From: an uncultured virus (IMG/VR IMGVR_UViG_3300019373_000295)
Lineage: Duplodnaviria > Heunggongvirae > Uroviricota > Caudoviricetes
Strand: one strand, 5' to 3'
IMG/VR virus record: IMGVR_UViG_3300019373_000295
DNA length: 20,000 nt
Shown: in pieces, positions 7,810 through 14,144 of the stretch
How positions within the stretch are numbered: the stretch's first letter is position 1
Layout of the letters: each line of letters starts with the position of its first letter
Made by a program: the position numbers and the translations under genes
Notes under the pieces: model-generated
Seen by the model: the letters and a program-made list of their open reading frames with translations, nothing else
Told to the model about the DNA's origin: nothing
The model's database searches: none

Positions 7810-9765
7810 CTAGTCTTTGAAATAATAATTGCCTGTATATCCGGCAGAGGACAGCGGAAGGCCGTCCGCCCATGCAGGATTTCGGTTCATGATATTGCAC
7901 ACATCATCGACAGTGTATTGTCCTTTCGGCACTTCGAGAATGACTTCATCGTGTACATGGCCGACAATGCCGAGCCCTGTAAGCTCCATGCGCCGCATTG
8001 CCTCGGCAAGCAGGTCACGGGCGGTCGCCTGTGTGATGTTCTCTGTCAGCTTCCCGCTGTAGGTCTCGCCGCGTGTCCATTTGTTGTTTGCGCCGAGCCC
8101 TTCAAAGGTCAGTGCCATGCGCCCGAAGCGGTTCGGCTGCAGCTTTGGTTTGATGTAGGCAAGCCTGCGACCTGACGGCAGCACGATCCACAGTGTATTT
8201 GCAGAGAACTGAAAACCGATCCTGCCAACTGTTCTGTCCGTATGGTCCTTTACTGTTTCGATTGCCGCTTTTTCCACGGCATACCAGAACTTTACGATCT
8301 CCGGATTTGCATCGCGCCAGCTTGAAATGATGTCGGGCAGTTCATCCTCTTTCAGTCCCATATCCAGTGCGCCCATAGAGATCAGCGCACCGGCACCGCC
8401 ACCGTAACCGCAGGCCAGTTCTGCGACCTTGCCTTTCTGCCGCAGTTCACCGTTGATACCGTGCTTCACGACCGGAACGCCGAACATCTGCGAAGCGGAA
8501 GCACAGTAGATATCTTCACCGCGCTGAAATGCATCCAACCGCCATTGCTCTCCGGCAAGCCATGCCAGCACACGAGCCTCGATAGCTGAGAAGTCTGCAA
8601 CGATAAACTCACAGCCTTCTTTCGGGATCAGCATCGTGCGGATAAGCTGTGACAGGATATCCGGCGTATTGCCGTACAATGCTTCGATCATATCAAAACA
8701 ACCCATTTTGACCAGTTCTCTTGCCTCATCAAGCGTAGAGATGTGGTTCTGCGGAAGATTCTGCAATTGGATCCCGCGTCCTGCCCAGCGCTGTGTACGG
8801 TTCGCACCGGAGAACTGAAACAGTCCGTGCGCTCTGCCGTCCTGACAGATGTATCTCTCTGCCGCCTGATACTTTTTCACAGAGGACTTTGCCATCTGCA
8901 AACGCAGCTTCATCATATCCAGAGCCTCGCCGTCAGCACTATGTTTGTCAAGGTCTGTGATAAGAGAAGCGACATTCTTTTTACCGAGGGAATCGACCTC
9001 AATGCCGCGCTCCTCCAGCCAGCCCTTCAGCTGAGATACAGAATTCGGATTTTCAAGTCCTGTGAGAGCATAGGCACGTTTGGTCATTTCTTCGGACATC
9101 GCCATATTGCAGATGATCGCCTGCTGTACCAGTTCCTTGTCGATCAGGATACCGCGGTCATTGATCCGCTGATCCATGTGGTAGTAGTCCCATTCCTGCG
9201 GGAGCAGGGGGAACTTTTCAAGCCTGCGGCGGATATCCCGCTCGGTCTCCACGTCCTGTATGCAGTAGCTTTTGAACAGCTTCCAGTCCTCTGGGGCGTG
9301 CTCAGGCAGATTCCTTGTTCTGCCGCCGTTTGCTTTGGTGGGCTTACAGGGCAGAGAGAAATAACGAATAAGTCGCTCACCGACGGCGTCCTTCTGCTGT
9401 GCAGTTTTCAGTGCCTGTGCAGCCGTTGCCAGCTTCAGCGGCAGGGACAGCGATGCCGCCCAGACCATCGTGCATTGCCACGCATCCGTGGAAAGCCTAA
9501 TGCCGAGATATTTTGACAGGCAGGTGCGCTCAAACTGTGCGTTCCATGCCGATTTGATAATACTGTCATCCTGCAGCGCATCCATAATCTCTGCCGGAAG
9601 CTGCTCCCCGCAGGCCATATCCACGCATTTTGTCTCTTCGTCGTCAAAGGCGTATGCGAACAGTAGGATATGGAAATCTCCCTCGACATAGCGGTACACA
9701 CCGCAGTTCGGGAGGTCAACATCCGAATAGGTTTCAAGGTCGATGGAAAGTACACGTCTGCTCAA
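7810..9765 (-). CDS. polA: Phage family A DNA polymerase with 3'-5' exonuclease domain
   Basis: Exo motifs IDLET, NAQFER, YCIQD; polymerase motif A DFSAIEAR, motif B RQKGKVAELACGYG, motif C HVHDE. Confidence 0.93.
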   Translation of the reverse strand: MSRRVLSIDLETYSDVDLPNCGVYRYVEGDFHILLFAYAFDDEETKCVDMACGEQLPAEIMDALQDDSIIKSAWNAQFERTCLSKYLGIRLSTDAWQCTMVWAASLSLPLKLATAAQALKTAQQKDAVGERLIRYFSLPCKPTKANGGRTRNLPEHAPEDWKLFKSYCIQDVETERDIRRRLEKFPLLPQEWDYYHMDQRINDRGILIDKELVQQAIICNMAMSEEMTKRAYALTGLENPNSVSQLKGWLEERGIEVDSLGKKNVASLITDLDKHSADGEALDMMKLRLQMAKSSVKKYQAAERYICQDGRAHGLFQFSGANRTQRWAGRGIQLQNLPQNHISTLDEARELVKMGCFDMIEALYGNTPDILSQLIRTMLIPKEGCEFIVADFSAIEARVLAWLAGEQWRLDAFQRGEDIYCASASQMFGVPVVKHGINGELRQKGKVAELACGYGGGAGALISMGALDMGLKEDELPDIISSWRDANPEIVKFWYAVEKAAIETVKDHTDRTVGRIGFQFSANTLWIVLPSGRRLAYIKPKLQPNRFGRMALTFEGLGANNKWTRGETYSGKLTENITQATARDLLAEAMRRMELTGLGIVGHVHDEVILEVPKGQYTVDDVCNIMNRNPAWADGLPLSSAGYTGNYYFKD

Positions 9766-9790
9766 TAATGATCACCACCTTTGTGTATGT

Positions 9791-9813
9791 AAAAGGGAGG
9801 ACGCGCCTCCCTT
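9791..9813 (-). terminator. Hairpin (weak terminator or mRNA stabiliser) between SSB and polymerase
   Basis: Minus strand AAGGGAGG-CGCGT-CCTCCCTT followed by a short T run. Confidence 0.5.
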
Positions 9814-9816
9814 ATC

Positions 9817-10398
9817 TTAGTTCAGAAAATCCATATCGTCATCGTCAAGCTCATCGGCATCGTCGCCCTCGACCTCCACAAAGTCGGATGCCGCCGTCGG
9901 TCTGCCGGCAAGACGTTCACCGTGACGGACAAGCTGAATGTTCTGGAGTCCTGCCGCAATACCCTTGTTGCCGGAAGCAGCAAAGCCGTAGAAGTTGACA
10001 GACACATTGCAGTAGTCGCCGCTGCCGCATTCCATCGGGTCGAGGATGGGCTGCACATGGCGGTCGACGATCTGCGGCGCGTCCTTGCTGGTCGCATTGA
10101 AGAAGAAATGACCTGCATAGTTCTCATCGTCGGGACGGTCGATATCGCCGTCGTGCATGGGCAGCTTAAGGTTTGCGGGGATCTTTCCGCTCCACTTCTT
10201 CTCCTTGGCAGCTTCCTTCGCTGCTTCGATCGCCTTCTTGATCTTAGCAAGGGTCGCCTTGTCATCCTTCGGAATGAGCAGGGAGACGGAATACTTCTCA
10301 TCGCTGCCGTTGATGCTCTTGGGCTCCCAGATGTTTGCAAAAGAGATGCGGCAGGGCACGATGACCTTCGTTGCGGGTGCTGTATTGTTTTTAGCCAT
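9817..10398 (-). CDS. DUF2815-family single-stranded DNA-binding protein (T7 gp2.5-like)
   Basis: RISFANIWEPK, KYSVSLLIPK, NKGIAAGLQNIQL...GERL patterns and acidic C-terminal tail ending DDMDFLN. Confidence 0.88.
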   Translation of the reverse strand: MAKNNTAPATKVIVPCRISFANIWEPKSINGSDEKYSVSLLIPKDDKATLAKIKKAIEAAKEAAKEKKWSGKIPANLKLPMHDGDIDRPDDENYAGHFFFNATSKDAPQIVDRHVQPILDPMECGSGDYCNVSVNFYGFAASGNKGIAAGLQNIQLVRHGERLAGRPTAASDFVEVEGDDADELDDDDMDFLN

Positions 10399-10424
10399 TA
10401 TTTTATCCTCCTGAAAATGTAGTT

Positions 10425-11675
10425 TTATTTCTCGTCAGGCAGTACTGAAAACTCCTGATCCGGAGTGGATGTGAGATCGACCGGCTCTCTTGGGTCACTT
10501 TCCGGTACGAGAGCCGGTTTTCCGGGCGGCTTGGCGACATATTCACCGAGCAGCTCATTGAACTTTTTCTTGCCCATCATCTTTTCAAATTCCGTCAGCG
10601 TGATGAGCGTCTGCTTGTAAAGGTCGGTGTAGCCGTTCTGCACAGCAGTATCGACCACCGCCTTGGTGTCCGTGAAAACACGTTTACTTCTGCCTTCGAC
10701 CACCTTATAGCCGGGAATGGGTACGCCGTGATTGATCGCCTCGGAGGAGACGAATGCAAATACCGCCTCTATCCACGAGGATATCCTGTTCAGCGTCGGC
10801 AGTATCTCCGCCAGTTCTGCTATAGGGATCAGGCCCGGCTGCTTGAATACGGCTGTATTTGTATCCGCTTCATAGGGCGCGGTCATATCAGATTCCTCTG
10901 CGGTATCATCAAAAGCCCCAGCATCAAGGTCGAGGAAATCCTCCCGGCAGAGCGCCAGTGCTTCATCGGCACAGGCTTTGCATACCGGCTTTGCACGGCA
11001 GAAGCGGCACCAGTCACCCGGGTGCTGTTCGCCCTTTCCCTCGAAAGCAAGCAGAGCGGTCGGTTTGATGCTCTCGCCCCAGTCCTCAAGTTCCTGCCTG
11101 CTGCATTCAAATGTGCTGATATTATCAAGACGGGGCTGGATGATGCTCATACGAACGATTTCGATATCATACAAAAAGCCGTAAGCGGCTAAAGCCCCAA
11201 TCGCGTACAGCATCATCTGGCTGTTGTGGCCTGCGTCCACGAACACGCCCTTGCCCGTCTTGAAATCACATACATGAAGCAGACCTCTGCCATCAGCATC
11301 CTTGCCGATGATAAGCATATCCGCGGTGCCGAAGCCGGAGGGTGCGATATGACTGTAATCGACACGCTCTTCTACAAAAGCAAGAGGTTCACAGTCATTT
11401 TCCCGCATCTGCTCAATGATGGAAATGACGAATTCGGCATACACGTCGGTAATCTGCTCAATTTCCTCAGTGTCGAACTCCTCGGACTGCGGGCGTTTCA
11501 CGCGCTCATGCAGATACTTTCGAACCTTGTACTCACAGATCTCATGGGCGAATGTACCTTCTTCGGCATAGACAGAGCTTTCATTCGGAAAGCTCTCCTG
11601 CAGGCGAACGGAAGGCGGACAGTGCAGCCACTGCTTGGAACTGGATGCGCTCAGAAGCGCGTGTACATCCGGCAT
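10425..11675 (-). CDS. DUF2800-family Cas4-like PD-(D/E)XK exonuclease
   Basis: HALLSASS..WLHCPPS, EGTFAH, GFGTAD, DFKTG, QMMLYA, WCRFCRAKPVC Cys cluster. Confidence 0.88.
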   Translation of the reverse strand: MPDVHALLSASSSKQWLHCPPSVRLQESFPNESSVYAEEGTFAHEICEYKVRKYLHERVKRPQSEEFDTEEIEQITDVYAEFVISIIEQMRENDCEPLAFVEERVDYSHIAPSGFGTADMLIIGKDADGRGLLHVCDFKTGKGVFVDAGHNSQMMLYAIGALAAYGFLYDIEIVRMSIIQPRLDNISTFECSRQELEDWGESIKPTALLAFEGKGEQHPGDWCRFCRAKPVCKACADEALALCREDFLDLDAGAFDDTAEESDMTAPYEADTNTAVFKQPGLIPIAELAEILPTLNRISSWIEAVFAFVSSEAINHGVPIPGYKVVEGRSKRVFTDTKAVVDTAVQNGYTDLYKQTLITLTEFEKMMGKKKFNELLGEYVAKPPGKPALVPESDPREPVDLTSTPDQEFSVLPDEK

Positions 11676-11689
11676 CCGATCACCTCCGG

Positions 11690-12169
11690 TCAGAGCTGGG
11701 ACACATCGGTGAGAAATGCCTCGTACTTGTCCTGCGGAATATCGCTGACCTTCGCTGCACCATACGATTTCAGCAGGGCGAGAACCTTGTCCTTGTTGGC
11801 TCTGTTCTGCTTGATCTTGCCGGTCACAACCTTAATAAGGTCATCGGCGGTCAGCTCCGATGCAGGCTCCTGTTTCTTTGCAGGGGCTTTCTTTTTCGGC
11901 TGCTCTTTCGGCTTTTCCTCCGGCTCGGTGTCCCACGGCAGATCATCAGCGGAAAGGATCTCTTCAAATTCATCCGGGTTGATAGTCTCCGGAGCTGTCT
12001 CCTTCGGCACACCGTTGATGGCCATATCTGCAAGCTGCTGTGCCATGCCCGGCTCCATTGAATTCAGAAGCTGGATAACACCGCCGAAGATCGTGCCGAG
12101 CCCGTCGATCAGCTTCTTTGCGTCTACCGGGATAGGCTCCGGCAGCTTGTTCTTTTTAGTCTCCGTCAT
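11690..12169 (-). CDS. Conserved phage replication-module hypothetical protein
   Basis: Flexible P/E/K-rich linker plus C-terminal LLKSYGAAKVSDIPQDKY domain typical of the gene preceding DUF2800. Confidence 0.75.
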   Translation of the reverse strand: MTETKKNKLPEPIPVDAKKLIDGLGTIFGGVIQLLNSMEPGMAQQLADMAINGVPKETAPETINPDEFEEILSADDLPWDTEPEEKPKEQPKKKAPAKKQEPASELTADDLIKVVTGKIKQNRANKDKVLALLKSYGAAKVSDIPQDKYEAFLTDVSQL

Positions 12170-12512
12170 AGATCAGTCCCTCCTCGTCATCATCATTTTC
12201 AGGCATCTTCGCGATGACACCGCTGTCCCTGCGGAGCTTCTTCCTAAAATCGTCCGGGTAGCGGATCTCGAAGAAGACGCCCTCGTCATCAATTTTCAGG
12301 CGGAACACACCGACATCCAGTTCCATATTCGGGAGCATAGCCGATGCCATCGACATGAAGCGGAACATATCTGTTGCGGTCTGTGCGATGTCTCCGGCAC
12401 GCTTGTCCATTGCCGTTTCAAGCAGCTTCAGGGCATCCGGTTTACCTGCGGACTTGCCGGGATCGGGTGCGGCACCGCCGTTGTAGCGGTTCTTCGGGGT
12501 TTTGTTTTCCAT
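12156..12512 (-). CDS. Hypothetical protein (118 aa)
   Basis: ATG 12512 with AAGGA RBS; overlaps the next gene; first gene after the repeat promoter. Confidence 0.7.
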   Translation of the reverse strand: MENKTPKNRYNGGAAPDPGKSAGKPDALKLLETAMDKRAGDIAQTATDMFRFMSMASAMLPNMELDVGVFRLKIDDEGVFFEIRYPDDFRKKLRRDSGVIAKMPENDDDEEGLIYDGD

Positions 12513-12573
12513 ATACTTTTCCTTTCTGTGCGGCCTTGCGGCCAATGTATTATCGTGAGGAGCATCATGGCCT

Positions 12574-12611
12574 CTCATATACTGTCGTGGGAGAAGCGAT
12601 TTGTAAGGGGT
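12574..12611 (-). promoter_or_regulatory. 38-bp repeat copy 2; putative phage-sigma-dependent promoter of the replication operon
   Basis: Begins 1 bp after the sigma gene stop codon; 37/38 identical to 29-66. Confidence 0.7.
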
Positions 12612-12612
12612 C

Positions 12613-13317
12613 TCAGAAAAATTTTTTTGCCTTTGCCAGTGCATAACGCAGTCTCTCGTTGACCGACATCTTTGCGATGCCCAGCATTTCGGCGATCTCA
12701 TCCTGTGTCATGCAGTCACGGTAGTACAGGATAAACACCTCGCGCTGCTTCTCTGTCATATCCGCAAGCATCTCTTCTCTGGTCTCACGGCGCTCCACAG
12801 CATCCTGCGGATTCTCGCCAATGCGTCCGTCGTACCAGTTGAAGGCTCTACGGAAAGGGTCTGCCACTGCCAGTTCCATATCGCCGTCCTTATCCCCGTT
12901 GTCGGCGCTGTCATAATCTGTAGTATCCTTGCGGCTGCCGGTGCGGTTCATGCTGTTTGCCTCAATGCGGTGGTCGCCAATCAACGTCACTGCAAGGATC
13001 CACGGCTGTGTGGCGAGAAAGCCGTCCGGCAGTTCGTAGGACTCTCTGAAGCTTTCCTTTTCTGAATCCCTCAGCTTATTAAAATAGAAAGTGAAGTTTT
13101 TGCAGTACGGCAGCCACACAACGGTGCGTCCGGTGATATTCTGGTAGATTGCAAAGCCGTTGCTGAACAGTGTGCAGTCGTTTGTTTCTGCAATCGGTTC
13201 ACCGGCGGTCTCAAACAGCTCTTTCGGGGTAGGTGTCTTGCCGGACTTTTCAGCAAGATTGAGAATGGTGAGCAGTTCTCCGAGGGTAGTTCTATCTGTT
13301 ACAGTGATCGTATTCAT
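12613..13317 (-). CDS. Sigma-70 region-4 domain protein (phage sigma-like transcription factor)
   Basis: C-terminal MTEKQREVFILYYRDCMTQDEIAEMLGIAKMSVNERLRYA region-4 HTH; ATG 13317 with AAAGGA RBS. Confidence 0.85.
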   Translation of the reverse strand: MNTITVTDRTTLGELLTILNLAEKSGKTPTPKELFETAGEPIAETNDCTLFSNGFAIYQNITGRTVVWLPYCKNFTFYFNKLRDSEKESFRESYELPDGFLATQPWILAVTLIGDHRIEANSMNRTGSRKDTTDYDSADNGDKDGDMELAVADPFRRAFNWYDGRIGENPQDAVERRETREEMLADMTEKQREVFILYYRDCMTQDEIAEMLGIAKMSVNERLRYALAKAKKFF

Positions 13318-13320
13318 AGT

Positions 13321-13824
13321 CGTTCCTTTCTGCAAGGAACGCACTCGCGGCAAATGCTCCTACTGCGTAAAAGGCACGCAGGCAGACGATGTCCACACGG
13401 AAATTCTTTCATGATACCTGTTTCGGTCAATACTGACCGCAGGCATGATTTTCCGTTATGAGCATCTGTCCGCCAATGCGCGCCTTGACTAACAAATGTG
13501 ATTTTTCTATGCTTCGGCATAAAAATAGCCGGATGCATACAGAGGGAGAACATACAGCTTGATCTGCCGTCCACAGGGTATAGCTATGGCCTAGAGACTT
13601 TTGCTGTATGAACGCCCGCCTACCGTATGCATCCGGCAGCGAGGTGTTCAGCAAGGTATTCATTCGGCAACCTCCGAAAAAGTTGCACAAATCCGCTTTC
13701 CGGAACTTGACATAGCGGTAACCATTGTGGATCCGCTTTCAAGCCGGTTCCCGGAAATCATCGAATCTATGACGTTTCCGATGAACGCCCTGCTCTATTG
13801 TGTTCGGGAGTTTGTCCCCCCTAC
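13321..13824 (-). ncRNA. Long structured 5' leader / candidate cis-regulatory RNA of the sigma gene
   Basis: Several long nested inverted repeats (13321-13341, 13371-13486, 13528-13637, ~13697-13790), one followed by a U tract on the minus strand. Confidence 0.6.
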
Positions 13825-13825
13825 A

Positions 13826-13859
13826 ATTATAGTTTAACATATATTTTCCGGCCTGTAAG
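13826..13859 (-). promoter_or_regulatory. Putative sigmaA promoter for the leader-sigma transcript
   Basis: Minus strand CTTACA-17 nt-TAAACT with extended TG, plus an overlapping TATAAT at 13826-13831. Confidence 0.55.
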
Positions 13860-13860
13860 C

Positions 13861-14017
13861 CAATCAACGGGGTTGCCGAATAAAACGGCGATTCTGCGTG
13901 CTTTTTTGAAAATCATCGAAAAGTGTCCATGTCAGGTGGACACATTCATTGCGAAAATGCCGATTTTACGTCAGTGATATTTCTGTTGTATTTTTATTCT
14001 GACAACCAAACAGGTTG
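13861..14017. promoter_or_regulatory. Putative operator palindromes
   Basis: CAATC-N5-GGTTG (13861-13875), CAACC-N5-GGTTG (14003-14017) and GTGTCCA-N7-TGGACAC (13923-13943). Confidence 0.5.
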
Positions 14018-14102
14018 CAGAATCGTGCAATAAAATTTTCAAATCGTCATTTTGCACAATGGAAACGATCCGTTTTTCCGCATCTCAACCGCAGAAGGGC
14101 AT

Positions 14103-14134
14103 AAAAAAGACCAGCGGTCATATAACCGCCGGTC
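14103..14134 (-). terminator. Rho-independent terminator of the peptidase-HTH gene
   Basis: Minus strand GACCGGCGGT-TATATG-ACCGCTGGTC-TTTTTT, 10 nt after the stop codon. Confidence 0.8.
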
Positions 14135-14144
14135 ATCATTATTA

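Noticed and set aside
10425..11675. Cas4-like protein as evidence of a CRISPR-Cas system
   Set aside because: No repeat-spacer array or other cas genes; DUF2800 is a routine phage replication-module nuclease
125..12662. Many long plus-strand ORFs (e.g. 2126-3103, 4093-5016, 6361-7464, 11226-12662)
   Set aside because: Antisense shadows of well-supported minus-strand genes; no motifs or RBS
14025..14035. GTGCAATAAAA shared with 65-75
   Set aside because: Short and AT-rich, and not accompanied by the 38-bp core; plausibly chance
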